DNA of 64,000 nt from an uncultured Verrucomicrobiae bacterium (GTDB taxonomy: Bacteria > Verrucomicrobiota > Verrucomicrobiia > Chthoniobacterales > Terrimicrobiaceae), in NCBI GenBank assembly GCA_963744345.1, contig CAVUTD010000013.1, positions 20,415 through 84,414 on the forward strand. The letters are read 5' to 3'. Within the stretch, counting starts at the first letter, position 1, and every line of letters starts with the position of its first letter. Shown one piece after another: positions 1 to 10,273 of this stretch. The notes below the pieces were generated by a model. The model was not told where the DNA came from. It saw only the letters and a list, made by a program, of their open reading frames with translations, and did not search any database. The position numbers and the translations under genes were made by a program.

Positions 1-828
1 GCGGTTCCCCAGCAGTCGCTGCACGTGGCTCGTTATGGGCAAAGCAAAATCTGTATCAGGGATAATCAGGCGGCGATTGGAATCGGAATTCACCATGAAA
101 ATATTCATGGGCGGCTCTCCTAAGAAACCCGCCACAAACTCGTTCGCCGGGTGATTGAAGACCTGCAAAGGAGTATCAAACTGTTGGAGCTTACCATCGT
201 TGAGGACGGCTATGCGATCGGCCAGCGCCATGGCTTCAAGTTGATCGTGGGTAACGATAATCGTGGTAAATCGCTGCTCGATATTCAGGCGTTTAATCTC
301 CGTGCGCATCTTCACCCGCAAAGCCGCATCAAGGTGGCTTAAGGGTTCGTCCAACAGCAGCACCGAAGGCCGGCGGATCAATGCGCGCGCAATGTTGACC
401 CGCTGCTTCTGGCCGCTGCTGAGTGCTGCCGGTTTCAAGTCGAGCAATTCCTCAACGTGAAGATATTTGGCGATCTCGGCGACGCGCTTGTCAATTTCAG
501 CTTGCTTAACTCCGTGCGCCTTCAGGTTGAATGCCAGATTTTCGCGAACCGTCAGCGGCGGGTAGAGCGCGTAATTCTCGAAAGCCAGCCCAATGCCACG
601 ATCTTTCGGATGGGTGTTATTGACCACTTTACCTCCGATGACAATCTGTCCATTGGAAATTGTTTCCAAACCTGCCGTCATCCGCAAGGTTGTCGATTTT
701 CCGCACCCGGACGGCCCCAGCAGGGCGATAAATTCCCCATCTTTGATGTTCAGATCTAGCTGATCGAGGGCAGGGGGAAGGTCCGGCCGATATTGCTTGC
801 CGAGCTTCTTGTACAGGAGTTCTGCCAT
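1..828 (-). CDS. ABC transporter ATP-binding protein (MalK/UgpC-like); 3' end cut off by the window edge
   Basis: Absent from the ORF track because it runs off the window. Reverse translation from the ATG at 828 gives MAELLYKKLGKQY..., with Walker A GPSGCGKST, signature LSSGQKQR and Walker B LLLDEPLSHLD. It starts 2 nt downstream of the stop of the next ATPase gene. Confidence 0.85.
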   Translation of the reverse strand, partial: MAELLYKKLGKQYRPDLPPALDQLDLNIKDGEFIALLGPSGCGKSTTLRMTAGLETISNGQIVIGGKVVNNTHPKDRGIGLAFENYALYPPLTVRENLAFNLKAHGVKQAEIDKRVAEIAKYLHVEELLDLKPAALSSGQKQRVNIARALIRRPSVLLLDEPLSHLDAALRVKMRTEIKRLNIEQRFTTIIVTHDQLEAMALADRIAVLNDGKLQQFDTPLQVFNHPANEFVAGFLGEPPMNIFMVNSDSNRRLIIPDTDFALPITSHVQRLLGNR

Positions 829-830
829 CT

Positions 831-1961
831 CTAAACCTCCTTCACGGTGTCCGTCGACCGCGCTAAGAACCTTTGCGTTTCCGAGTCGAAGACAATAAGC
901 ATACGCGGATCGACTCGAAACTGTGTTCGTCGTTCCATTTCAAACGTCAGATGGCCATCGACCAACGCTCGCACGAAGTTACCATCTGCGGCCTTCAGCG
1001 TTAGGATCGACTTGGTGCCGAGTGGTTCGAAGCTGTAGATGGTTGCGTGAAACGCGTGCTTGTCTCCTTCGGAAGCTATGCGGATGTCAGGAGGACGGAT
1101 CCCCACTCGAATTTTGCGGGTGTGCTTCTGGTTGAGGACCTCCGTCACATCGGCGGGAAGCGGCACCGAGATATTCTCGCCCAGCATCTGGATGCTCAGC
1201 GAGCCGTCGGACGATTTGAGCGCTGCATCAATGATATTGACTTCGGGGTCGCCGAAAAACCTGGCAACATCGATTGACGCGGGGCGGAAATACACGTCGT
1301 CAGGAGGGGCCAACTGCAGAAGGTGCCCTTCGTTGACCACCGCAACACGATCTCCCAAGCTCATTGCCTCCAGATAATCATGCGTGACATAGATCGTCGT
1401 GGCCCCAAGTTGCGTGCGCATTTCCTTGAGCTCGGCGCGCATCGAGTGCCGCAGCTTCGCATCGAGGTGGCTGAGCGGTTCATCCAGAAGAAAAACGTCG
1501 GGCTGACGCACCAGCGCTCTTCCCAAAGCCGTTCGCTGCCGTTGCCCATTACTTAGAGCTTGGATTGGCCGCTGCAACAAATGGTCTATTTTCATCACCT
1601 TGGCATGGTGGGTGACGCGCTCCTTAACCTTGTCCTCGGGCAACCGGAATTTCGGACTTCGCAAAGGAAAGGCCATGTTGTCATAAACGCTCAGCTGCGG
1701 ATAGAGAGCATAGCTTTCGAAGACCATCGCCACATTCCGGTCCGCGGGCTCGAACCCTCCGATATCGCGTCCTCCGATCTTGACCGTTCCGCTATTGGGA
1801 GTGACAATACCCGCGATGAGGTTCAGCGTCGTCGTCTTGCCCGCGCCAGCCGGACCAAAGACCGCCAGGAACTCCTTGTCCTTGATGTCCAGACTTAGAT
1901 TCTCGACGCCACGCCTTTTGCCGTAAAATTTCGTCAATCCTTGCAGTTCAACGCTCGCCAT
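831..1961 (-). CDS. Sugar ABC transporter ATP-binding protein (MalK/UgpC-like, with C-terminal regulatory domain)
   Basis: 376-aa ORF with an ATG start. Contains Walker A GPAGAGKTT, signature LSNGQRQR and Walker B FLLDEPLSHLD. Length fits the CUT1 ATPase class. Confidence 0.9.
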   Translation of the reverse strand: MASVELQGLTKFYGKRRGVENLSLDIKDKEFLAVFGPAGAGKTTTLNLIAGIVTPNSGTVKIGGRDIGGFEPADRNVAMVFESYALYPQLSVYDNMAFPLRSPKFRLPEDKVKERVTHHAKVMKIDHLLQRPIQALSNGQRQRTALGRALVRQPDVFLLDEPLSHLDAKLRHSMRAELKEMRTQLGATTIYVTHDYLEAMSLGDRVAVVNEGHLLQLAPPDDVYFRPASIDVARFFGDPEVNIIDAALKSSDGSLSIQMLGENISVPLPADVTEVLNQKHTRKIRVGIRPPDIRIASEGDKHAFHATIYSFEPLGTKSILTLKAADGNFVRALVDGHLTFEMERRTQFRVDPRMLIVFDSETQRFLARSTDTVKEV

Positions 1962-1965
1962 AATC

Positions 1966-2799
1966 TTAGCCTTTCACTGCACCGAAGGAGAGGCCCCGAA
2001 CCAGGTGCTTCTGAATTAGCAGCGCAAGGATCACTTCCGGCAGCGCTGAAAGCAGTGCTGCGGCAGCCACCCACCCGTAATGCACCGTGTCCGAGGCAAG
2101 AAACCTCGTCATCGATACGGTTGAGGTCTGTGTTGAAGCGCCACCGAGTTGCAGCGCAAAGGTGAACGAGTTCCAGCAGAAGATGAAACAGAGCAGTGCC
2201 GCGGCAACGATGCCCGGCTTCACCATCGGCAATAGGACCTTGAAGAATACCTGCCACCAAGAGTACCCGTCGAGCTGGGCAGCCCCCTCAATATCCGGCG
2301 AAATGTCTTCGAAGAATCCCCGAAGAATCCAGATCAAGAGCGGAAGACTTATCAGCTGATACACCCAGATCAAACCGAAGAAACTGTCAATGAGGTGGAG
2401 CTTCTGATAGATGAGGTAGAGGGGGATAATGACCAGAATCTCGGGAGCAAATCGAAAAGAAAGAAAGGTAAACGCGATGTCTTCCCTCCCTTTGAATTGA
2501 TACCTGCCGAGGGCGTAGGCCGCCGGCACTCCTACAATCAGGGAGAGGGTGACGGCCAGGCCGCTGACGATCAGATTGTTCCAAAGTGAGCGCAGGAATC
2601 CCTCCTGTCCGAGGACCGCCTTAAAGTTCTCCAGGGTCGGCGTAAAGATAAAGGTTGTCGTGAACATCTGCTCATCGGGCTTGAAAGAGAGGATCACCAT
2701 CCAGACCAGGGGAAACAGCGCGAAGAGCGCATAGAGAAAGAGCACGAAATTTCTTAGGATCGGGCCTAGCAAACTGAGTATACCTTTGTCCCGATCCAT
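1966..2799 (-). CDS. Carbohydrate ABC transporter permease (MalG-like)
   Basis: 277-aa hydrophobic ORF containing an EAA-like loop (EGAAQLDGYSWWQVFFKVLLP). Tightly packed with the neighbouring transporter genes. Confidence 0.85.
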   Translation of the reverse strand: MDRDKGILSLLGPILRNFVLFLYALFALFPLVWMVILSFKPDEQMFTTTFIFTPTLENFKAVLGQEGFLRSLWNNLIVSGLAVTLSLIVGVPAAYALGRYQFKGREDIAFTFLSFRFAPEILVIIPLYLIYQKLHLIDSFFGLIWVYQLISLPLLIWILRGFFEDISPDIEGAAQLDGYSWWQVFFKVLLPMVKPGIVAAALLCFIFCWNSFTFALQLGGASTQTSTVSMTRFLASDTVHYGWVAAAALLSALPEVILALLIQKHLVRGLSFGAVKG

Positions 2800-2802
2800 A
2801 GA

Positions 2803-3759
2803 TTACACAGCTCCAGAAGCCGCCTTTTGCGCTTTCTTCCAAAATCCAATCAGGATGAAGCAAATCACGTAAATGATGAACCACAAGAAAAGCAGCATCG
2901 GTATGGCTCCGCTAAGGTTGTAATATGGAAAGGCCTCGTTATAAGCCGCGACCGCCACGCTCAGGGTGCGGTCTCCAGGCCCGCCCTTGGTCGTCGCAAA
3001 GATAATGGCGAACTCCTGCAAGGAGGTCATCAATCGAAAGACCAGCGCAATCAAAAGCACGGGCGCAAGCATGGGAAGAGTCAGATTCCAGTAGACAAAC
3101 CACGCAGAGCCCCCGTCAATCAGTGCAGATTCGTAGGGAGACTTCGGCAACGAACGAAGACCTGCCAAAACCAGGATCACCACAAACGGGGTATAAATCC
3201 AAACATCGATGATAATGAGCGAGAACAGCGCCCAGTTCGGATCCGCGCTCCATCGAAAATCTCCGAGTCCAATCCAGCCAAGAGGTATGCGAAGGATACC
3301 GACTGAGGGATTGGTGATCAGGAGCCAAATCAACGCGCCGATTACCGGCGCGATCATGAGGGGAAAAATTAGAACCAGGCGCAAAAATCTCGAGAACGCG
3401 CTCTCGTGATTGAGCAAGAGCGCGATGCACATTCCCAGAACCATTTCCGCCGCCGTCGCGATGAACGCGTACCTCAGAGTTACTCCCACGGAGTGCCAGA
3501 ACTCGGGGTTGGTAAACGTGTCCACGAAATTTTGGAAGCCGACCATCTCATACTCAGGGCTTCGGAGCGTGAGGTCGGTAAAGGAATAAAAGATCGCAAC
3601 GAAGAAGGGTATCAGGATGCCGATCGTCAGCAAAAACGACGGGGCTAGCACCAAGTAGGGCCGCAGCGCCTTCTGACGCGCGTATTTCTCCCCAGCTTCC
3701 GAAAGACTGCTCTGCGGCGGTCTAGTCGCTGGCGCCGAAGGCGATGTTGCCGTGCTCAT
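2803..3759 (-). CDS. Carbohydrate ABC transporter permease (MalF-like)
   Basis: 318-aa multi-TM ORF containing the loop ESALIDGGSAWFVYWNLTLP. It lies 3 nt upstream of the MalG-like gene. Confidence 0.85.
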   Translation of the reverse strand: MSTATSPSAPATRPPQSSLSEAGEKYARQKALRPYLVLAPSFLLTIGILIPFFVAIFYSFTDLTLRSPEYEMVGFQNFVDTFTNPEFWHSVGVTLRYAFIATAAEMVLGMCIALLLNHESAFSRFLRLVLIFPLMIAPVIGALIWLLITNPSVGILRIPLGWIGLGDFRWSADPNWALFSLIIIDVWIYTPFVVILVLAGLRSLPKSPYESALIDGGSAWFVYWNLTLPMLAPVLLIALVFRLMTSLQEFAIIFATTKGGPGDRTLSVAVAAYNEAFPYYNLSGAIPMLLFLWFIIYVICFILIGFWKKAQKAASGAV

Positions 3760-3898
3760 TTCCGTAACAGGTCGCTTCTTGGCTGCTGCGAGTTCAAACG
3801 AGATCTTGTGCTGGGGGGCGCATCAAACGTTTTCTCTCGACCGCGGGAGCGGATGGGCGAACCTGACTCGCCCACCCGCCCGAAAACGGTGCGAACTC

Positions 3899-5287
3899 TT
3901 ATTGGAGCTTCAACTTCGAGGTGTCGCGACTGATCTTCTTTGCCAGGCTCTCCATCGCCTGGGCGGGATCGGCTCCGGAGAGCACAATCTTTTGGAGCGT
4001 CGCAGCCCACTCCGTGGTTGATTGGATGAAGTAGGGTTGAGGTGTAAACTGAATCGCCGTGTTCGGAATCGTCTTGGTAAAGGTGTCGTAATATCCCGCG
4101 ACTTTGCCGATCTTGTCTTTGAACTCCTGGTTATCCCAAACCGACTGGCGCGCCGGATCCACCGTTTTCGCATTCAACGCGGCCCAAAGCGTAAACTCCG
4201 GACCGGTGAAGTACTGCATGAAGAGCCACGCCGCTTTCTTGTTCTTTGAGCTACTGTTCATCGCCAATTGCCATACCCACTCATTAGATTTCGGCTGCTC
4301 ACCAGCCTTAGAGACAGGCGGCGGTGCAAATCCGATATTGCCGGACTGGCTCGTGCTTCCGGGAACATTCTGGAAATACCCATTGATGTCCGCATCATAC
4401 AGTATGGCGGCCTTGCCAGCGCCCAGATCGGCACCGCACTGATACCACGTGTAGTTCGACCATCCCGGAGGTCCTCCCTTCTTGATCATCTCCGCGAACT
4501 TCGCGGTCAAATCAACGGCTGCAGGCTGGCCCAGTGCAGACATGAGCTTTCCACCCTCGACGACGAAGTCCTTGGCGCCCGCGCTGACGAAGCTGCTCAT
4601 ATACCCAGGGTGGATTGTCGCCCAGTTCCGGGTGCCTCTAACCGCGACCCCGTACGATCCGGGACCGTTCCAATCCTTAAGCTTTGCCGCGAGTTCAGAG
4701 AGTTCCTCCAAGGTCGTTGGAACCTTCAAGCCCTTTTCGTCGAAATACTTCTTGTTGTAGGCAAGACAGTAGAGTTCGAAGCCGAGCGGAACGCACCAGA
4801 GCTTGCCGCTGCCCGGAGGCGATCCCGGCGTCAAATCCCACTTGCCCGCGTTGAACACCCCCTCAAAGATGTCCTTGGGGTTGTAATCCGGGCTGGTGGC
4901 GGAGGCGTCGCCGAGCATTTCGTCCAAGGGCTCGATGCGCTTGGCACTCGCATAGTCCCACATCTGGTACACCCCAGTCATGAACACATCCGGCACGCCA
5001 GTGGCCGCCGAAAGCTGCGTCGTGACCTTATCGAAGTAGTTTTCCTCGGGGGTGAGCTCGTATTTGACATCGATTCCCGTCTGCTCTTTGAACTGCGGCA
5101 ACCGCTGAATAATCGCATCCGCATAAGGGTGCTGGTTGAAAGATATGCTAATTGTCTTGCCTTCAGCTTGTTTCCAGTCAAAATCCGCCGCGTCCACGCG
5201 CGGAATGCCTAGCGAAGTGACTGCGAGACTTAGCGATAGAGCCGTTTTTGCCACTAAGCCGTGGCAGGCGTGTTTGGAGAGTTTCAT
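3899..5287 (-). CDS. Extracellular solute-binding protein (family 1, sugar-type)
   Basis: 462-aa ORF with an N-terminal signal peptide (MKLSKHACHGLVAKTALSLSLAVTSLG...). It is the first gene of the permease/ATPase operon. Confidence 0.8.
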   Translation of the reverse strand: MKLSKHACHGLVAKTALSLSLAVTSLGIPRVDAADFDWKQAEGKTISISFNQHPYADAIIQRLPQFKEQTGIDVKYELTPEENYFDKVTTQLSAATGVPDVFMTGVYQMWDYASAKRIEPLDEMLGDASATSPDYNPKDIFEGVFNAGKWDLTPGSPPGSGKLWCVPLGFELYCLAYNKKYFDEKGLKVPTTLEELSELAAKLKDWNGPGSYGVAVRGTRNWATIHPGYMSSFVSAGAKDFVVEGGKLMSALGQPAAVDLTAKFAEMIKKGGPPGWSNYTWYQCGADLGAGKAAILYDADINGYFQNVPGSTSQSGNIGFAPPPVSKAGEQPKSNEWVWQLAMNSSSKNKKAAWLFMQYFTGPEFTLWAALNAKTVDPARQSVWDNQEFKDKIGKVAGYYDTFTKTIPNTAIQFTPQPYFIQSTTEWAATLQKIVLSGADPAQAMESLAKKISRDTSKLKLQ

Positions 5288-5379
5288 GCTCTGAGAGATT
5301 TAGGTTAGTCTTATTGTGTCGATGTAGAGAACATCAGGGGGTGATGGGATACTTAGCTAACTGTTAAATTATCACCAGT

Positions 5380-7503
5380 TCAATTCTTTTGTTTATTCTT
5401 AGTGACTTGTTCGAGGGCGGCAGCAACCACGGCGTCGACAGTGAAGCCGAATTTTTTGACGAGTTTCTGCAAGGGCGCGGACTCGCCGAAGGTTCTCATG
5501 CCAATGCGGGCTCCGTCGATGCCAACGTAGCGCTCCCAGCCGAACCTGGCCGCCTGTTCAACCGAAACCCGGGCGCGAACATTGGAAGGAAGGACAGATT
5601 CGCGATAGGCGTCATCCTGGTCCTCGAAAAACTTCCATGAGGGCATGCTAATGACGCGCGCTTTTACTCCTTGCTTCTTGAGCTCATCCTGAGCGGCGGT
5701 GCACAGAGAGACCTCGCTCCCGGTGGCGATGAGCAAAACGTCTGCTTCGCCCTCGGCGTCGGCGAGAACATACCCGCCTCGCCGCAGCCCGGAGGCGGCG
5801 GCATACTTCGATCGATCGAGCGTGGGCAGTGCCTGGCGGCTCAAGATCAGAGCCACAGGCTCGTGCTTCAACTCGACGATAACGCGCCAGGCCTCGGCGA
5901 CTTCGTTGGCGTCGCAGGGACGGATATCAACGAGACCTGGAACCGAGCGCAGCGCGGCCAGATGTTCAACCGGCTGGTGGGTCGGCCCATCTTCTCCTAC
6001 GCCGATCGAATCGTGCGTGAAGACGTAGATCACCGGTAGTTCCATGATAGCGGCCAGGCGCAGGGAACCTTTTCCGTAGTCGCTGAAGATCAGGAAGCCG
6101 GATCCGTAGGCTCGCAGCTTGGCCAGCGCCAAGCCGTTGAGGATCGCTCCCATGGCGTGCTCCCGAACTCCAAAGTGAATATTCCTGCCCCCCAGAGAAT
6201 TGCGGCTTACTTCCCCCGCCCCCTCAAAGGTAAGGCGCGTTTTGGTTGAGGGAGAAAGATCCGCTGAGCCGCCAAGCAGCCAAGGGTGATGTTTGGCCAG
6301 CGCATTGAGCACCTTGCCTGAAGAGTCCCGGCTCGCGATTCCTTTGGCATCTGCGGGGAAGGTGGGAATCTCCGCATCCCAGCCTTTGGGAGGTTCTCGA
6401 TGTTGAATCGAAAGGGTTTCAGCAGCCAATTCGGGATACTTCTTCTCGTAAGCGGAAAACAAAGACATCCATTCATCGCGAAGCTTCTTGCCGCGATTCC
6501 CAAGCTTCGCCTGGAAATCTTCGCGCACACCGGGGGGAACCAAAAATTTCGCATCCTCTGGCCAGCCGTAATACTTCTTGGCTGCCTTGATCTCCTCTTC
6601 CCCAAGAGGTTCACCGTGCGCCGCGCTGGTGTCTTGTTTGGTGGGTGCGCCGTAGCCGATATGGCTGTCGACAATGACGAGTGTCGGGCGGTCTGTCGTC
6701 TTCTTGAAATGATCGAAAGCTTCCCGCAGGAGGTCCAGGTCGTTCGCATTGGAGACCCGTTCGACGTTCCATCCATAGGCCAGAAACCGTCCGGCAACAT
6801 CCTCGGAAAACGCCAGTGCGGTATGACCCTCAATCGTGATGTGGTTGTTGTCGTAGATCCAACAAAGGTTTGAAAGTCTCAAGTGGCCGGCCAGAGACGC
6901 AGCTTCCCCGCTAATGCCCTCCATCATGCAACCGTCTCCGGCAAGAGCATAGACGTCGAAATCAAAAAGCGGAAAGTCCGGCTTGTTGTACCGACCGGCG
7001 AGCCAATGGCTGGCGAGCGCCATGCCCACGCTGGTGGCTACTCCTTGGCCCAAAGGCCCTGAAGTTGTCTCCACACCAGAGGTCCAGCGATATTCCGGAT
7101 GGCCCGGACACCGGCTTTCCAATTGCCGAAAGTTCTTGAGATCGTCGAGCGGAACTGCCAGGTCGCCCAGCGTTTCATACTTTCGGTTCACCGCCTTTAC
7201 CCCTGTCAGGTGCAGCAACGAATAAAGGAGGGTGGAAGCATGGCCTGCCGAAAGGATAAACCGGTCCCGATTAGGCCAAATGGGATCCTCCGGATCAAAT
7301 CGAAGGAAATCCTGCCAAACCACATAGGCTACGGGCGCCATCGCCATCGGAGTTCCCGGATGGCCTGAATTCGCCTGCTGAACGGCGTCCATGCTCAGCG
7401 TGCGGATGGTGTTGATCGACAGTGAGTCAGCGTTCTGCTGGGAGGCAGGAGCCTTTGGCAGATTATCCGGCTTCAGTCGGGCCTCTCGTATGGCTTCATT
7501 CAT
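5380..7503 (-). CDS. tkt: Transketolase (single-chain, full length)
   Basis: 707-aa ORF. Contains SGHPGTPMAMAP, the ThDP motif GDGCMMEG...NN, and the central/C-terminal motif FTHDSIGVGEDGPTHQPVEHL. Confidence 0.92.
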   Translation of the reverse strand: MNEAIREARLKPDNLPKAPASQQNADSLSINTIRTLSMDAVQQANSGHPGTPMAMAPVAYVVWQDFLRFDPEDPIWPNRDRFILSAGHASTLLYSLLHLTGVKAVNRKYETLGDLAVPLDDLKNFRQLESRCPGHPEYRWTSGVETTSGPLGQGVATSVGMALASHWLAGRYNKPDFPLFDFDVYALAGDGCMMEGISGEAASLAGHLRLSNLCWIYDNNHITIEGHTALAFSEDVAGRFLAYGWNVERVSNANDLDLLREAFDHFKKTTDRPTLVIVDSHIGYGAPTKQDTSAAHGEPLGEEEIKAAKKYYGWPEDAKFLVPPGVREDFQAKLGNRGKKLRDEWMSLFSAYEKKYPELAAETLSIQHREPPKGWDAEIPTFPADAKGIASRDSSGKVLNALAKHHPWLLGGSADLSPSTKTRLTFEGAGEVSRNSLGGRNIHFGVREHAMGAILNGLALAKLRAYGSGFLIFSDYGKGSLRLAAIMELPVIYVFTHDSIGVGEDGPTHQPVEHLAALRSVPGLVDIRPCDANEVAEAWRVIVELKHEPVALILSRQALPTLDRSKYAAASGLRRGGYVLADAEGEADVLLIATGSEVSLCTAAQDELKKQGVKARVISMPSWKFFEDQDDAYRESVLPSNVRARVSVEQAARFGWERYVGIDGARIGMRTFGESAPLQKLVKKFGFTVDAVVAAALEQVTKNKQKN

Positions 7504-8284
7504 AACAACTGTTCACGGGCAAAACATTCCTTAGAATACGCCATTTTCGACCGCCAGGGCGAACCCTGTCATAGAGGGTTCTCCGCTCGGAGCGGCCGTT
7601 TCCAGGCGCTGCCTTCGATGGGAGCGCTCTGCTTCCCCTCCTGGAGTGGTTGAGGAAAAACTCGCACGCTGGTCTTCCAGCAGGTTAAAGCAGAATCCCT
7701 TATAAGAATCGAATCTCCACGCGTGCTGCAACAATTTCTTTCGCACTGTCGCCTCGATCGGACGACCAGCTCGGAGGGCGAGCGTCTTCATTCTCACGAT
7801 AGGGAGGAGCTATTGCGGCAGTCTTGGCGGGAAGTCCCGCTTGGGTGGGTGATTTATTCGCGACATCTGTTCAGAGGCAAGACAATTTTTGTAAAACTTT
7901 TGTCGTTGTTCTTATCAGAAGTGCTTACGAAGGTGTTCGCAGCAAAAGGGTTCAGACAATCATCGGAGAAAGCCGTATGAACGGATGGGGATTTCTTTGA
8001 GATTGAGATAAAAAACTGTTTCCTCGTTGTCGAGGAGACCTTTCTATTGTAGCCATTAGCAATCATTTCGCGACGGCTGAAAGCGTCGTTCAAGAGAGAA
8101 GTGTGGAAGGATGCCGAGTGTGCCGCGCCCATTGAGAACACAATTGCAGTGGAGAAACTCCTGTCGCTGCCCTGCCGCAGGTCAGGATGATGTAAGCGCG
8201 CCTGCCATGACAAGAAGACCTGCCGAGGCAAAGCCAAGAATCCCGCTGCTGCAGCAGGCAAGCCCCACGTCACGATCAAAGAAA

Positions 8285-10273
8285 ATGAAGAACCTGACGC
8301 AGTTCGAGTCTCGCCGCCGGTTGGATGTGATATGTGTTGGTCGCCTTGGGGTTGATCTCTATGCGCAGCAAATCGGGTCGCGGCTTGAAGATGTGACCAG
8401 TTTCGCCAAATATCTTGGCGGTTCTTCAGGGAACATTGCGGCCAACACGGCGCGGCTGGGGCTAAAGTCGGCCATGCTCACTCGCGTGGGGGACGATCAG
8501 ATGGGCCGTTTTCTCACTGAGACGTTGGCCAAGGAAGGATGCGACGTGAGCCACGTTGTCAAGGATCCAGAGCGTTTAACTGCACTGGTCTTGTTAGGGC
8601 TAAAGGATCGACAGACGTTCCCGTTGGTGTTTTACAGAGAAAATTGTGCCGACATGGCGTTGGAGGCCGACGACTTCGACGAAGCCTTCATTGCTTCGAG
8701 CCGCGCGCTCTTGATCACTGGGACCCACTTCTCCACCGCGCAGGTCAACGAGACAAGCCGGCGCGCTCTGCACCATGCTCGCCGCAACAATGTGCGCACG
8801 ATTCTGGATATCGACTATCGGCCGGTGCTCTGGGGTCTCACGGGCAAAGCCCAGGGCGAGGTGCGCTACGTTTCGAGTGAAGGGGTGACCAAGCACATGC
8901 GCGGCATCCTTCCTCTCTTTGATCTGATTGTCGGCACGGAAGAGGAGTTCGAAATTGCGGGAGGAGAAGAAGATCTCCTTGCCACGCTGCGGAGCGTGCG
9001 CGAAGTGACCAAGGCGACGTTGGTAGTCAAGCGGGGAGCCCTTGGGTGCTCGGTTTTCGAAGGCGAAATTCCCGGTTCTCTTGACCAGGCGCCGACGTTC
9101 GCCGGAGTCCAAGTCGAAGTGCTCAACGTTCTTGGTGCGGGTGACGCCTTCATGTCCGGCTTTCTAAGCAGCTGGCTACGAGGGGAGGATTATGAGGTAT
9201 GCGCGGCTCGGGGCAATGGCTGCGGGGCGCTGGCCGTTTCGCGGCACGGCTGCTCCATAGCGATGCCAAGCGCCGTAGAGCTCGACTATTTTCTCAAGGA
9301 AGCGACGTTGGACCCGGACCGCATGCGCCGGCCAAATCGAGACAGCATGCTGGCGCATCTGCATCGAGTTACTGTTCCCCGCCCTCGCTGGGAAGAGCTC
9401 CACATTTTCGCCTTCGATCATCGCAGTCAATTTGCAGAGCTGGCGCGAAGGGTTGGGGCACCCGAGAGCCGCATCCCAGTGCTGAAAAAATTGTTCGTTG
9501 AGGCGGTAGCGTCTGTGGAACGGGAACGGGCCGACTCTGTCGGCAAGCTCGGGATTCTTGCCGACGAGACCTATGGGCAAGATGCGCTCAATGCCGCAAC
9601 CGGCCGCGGGTGGTGGATTGGACGGCCGGTGGAACTACCGGGCTCCAACCCCCTCCAGTTTGAATACGGTCGATCGATCGGGACCAACCTGATTACCTGG
9701 CCCAACGAGCACGTGGCCAAGTGCCTTGTCTTTTATCATCCCGATGACCCCACAGAGCACCGACTCGAACAGGAGACCCAAGTGCGTGCTCTCTATCAAG
9801 CTACTCAAGCGAGCGGCCATGAGTTGCTGCTGGAGATCATCCCGCCGAAAGAGCGGACACAACTCGACACTGTGTATCGATGCCTCAAACAATTCTATGA
9901 TCTCGGCATCAAACCTGAGTGGTGGAAGCTTGAGTCTATGAACGCAGAGCAGTGGCATTCCATTGACGAGCTCATTGCCGAGCGCGATCCTTTTTGCCGT
10001 GGAGTATTGCTTTTGGGATTGAGTGCTCCAGTTGAGAGACTGGCCGAAGGCTTCAAGAATGCTTCGGCGTCAAAGACGTGCCGGGGATTTGCCGTGGGCA
10101 GAACGATTTTCGAGAAGGCGAGTCTAGCCTGGCTGGAAGGGCAGATCGACGACGAAGCGCTCATCGCCCGCACGCAGGAAATATTCTACAATTTAATTAC
10201 CCTCTGGCGCGAAGCACGTAAGAACGCGCCGGCAAGGTCAACCAAAACCATCCTTGAGGAGATCGCAGTATGA
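8285..10273 (+). CDS. iolC: 5-dehydro-2-deoxygluconokinase (PfkB) fused to a DUF2090 aldolase-type domain (IolC-type bifunctional protein)
   Basis: The N-terminal half is a PfkB kinase (VICVGRLGVDLY..., GAGDAFMSGFL). The C-terminal ~300 aa is the domain fused to IolC in many Gram-negative bacteria. The ORF is open from 8111, but the ATG at 8285 (MKNLTQFESRRRLD) fits the family N-terminus. ATGA overlap with iolD. Confidence 0.85.
   Translation: MKNLTQFESRRRLDVICVGRLGVDLYAQQIGSRLEDVTSFAKYLGGSSGNIAANTARLGLKSAMLTRVGDDQMGRFLTETLAKEGCDVSHVVKDPERLTALVLLGLKDRQTFPLVFYRENCADMALEADDFDEAFIASSRALLITGTHFSTAQVNETSRRALHHARRNNVRTILDIDYRPVLWGLTGKAQGEVRYVSSEGVTKHMRGILPLFDLIVGTEEEFEIAGGEEDLLATLRSVREVTKATLVVKRGALGCSVFEGEIPGSLDQAPTFAGVQVEVLNVLGAGDAFMSGFLSSWLRGEDYEVCAARGNGCGALAVSRHGCSIAMPSAVELDYFLKEATLDPDRMRRPNRDSMLAHLHRVTVPRPRWEELHIFAFDHRSQFAELARRVGAPESRIPVLKKLFVEAVASVERERADSVGKLGILADETYGQDALNAATGRGWWIGRPVELPGSNPLQFEYGRSIGTNLITWPNEHVAKCLVFYHPDDPTEHRLEQETQVRALYQATQASGHELLLEIIPPKERTQLDTVYRCLKQFYDLGIKPEWWKLESMNAEQWHSIDELIAERDPFCRGVLLLGLSAPVERLAEGFKNASASKTCRGFAVGRTIFEKASLAWLEGQIDDEALIARTQEIFYNLITLWREARKNAPARSTKTILEEIAV

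Noticed and set aside
4268-5212. 314-aa plus-strand ORF antisense to the solute-binding protein gene. Comparable antisense ORFs occur at 10363..11142, 16307..16951, 48410..49135, 59282..60166 and 62541..63248.
   Set aside because: Each lies fully inside a well-supported gene on the other strand. They have Arg/Gly/Pro-rich compositions typical of GC-rich antisense frames.
7504-8284. An unusually long (780 nt) divergent spacer between tkt and iolC, with ORFs 7531..7797, 7723..7980 and 7854..8279 and a few 5-bp hairpins and palindromes (for example CTGCTGCAGCAG at about 8243).
   Set aside because: The ORFs have no family resemblance, RBS or coding-like composition. The hairpins are short and I could not recognise any known riboswitch or sRNA. 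It probably just holds the two promoters, but this is not proven.
8111-8284. A 58-codon N-terminal extension of iolC in the ORF track (MPSVPRPLRTQLQW...).
   Set aside because: The extension is Arg/Pro/Ala-rich and unlike the PfkB N-terminus. The internal ATG at 8285 gives the expected start just before the VICVGRLGVD glycine-rich kinase motif.
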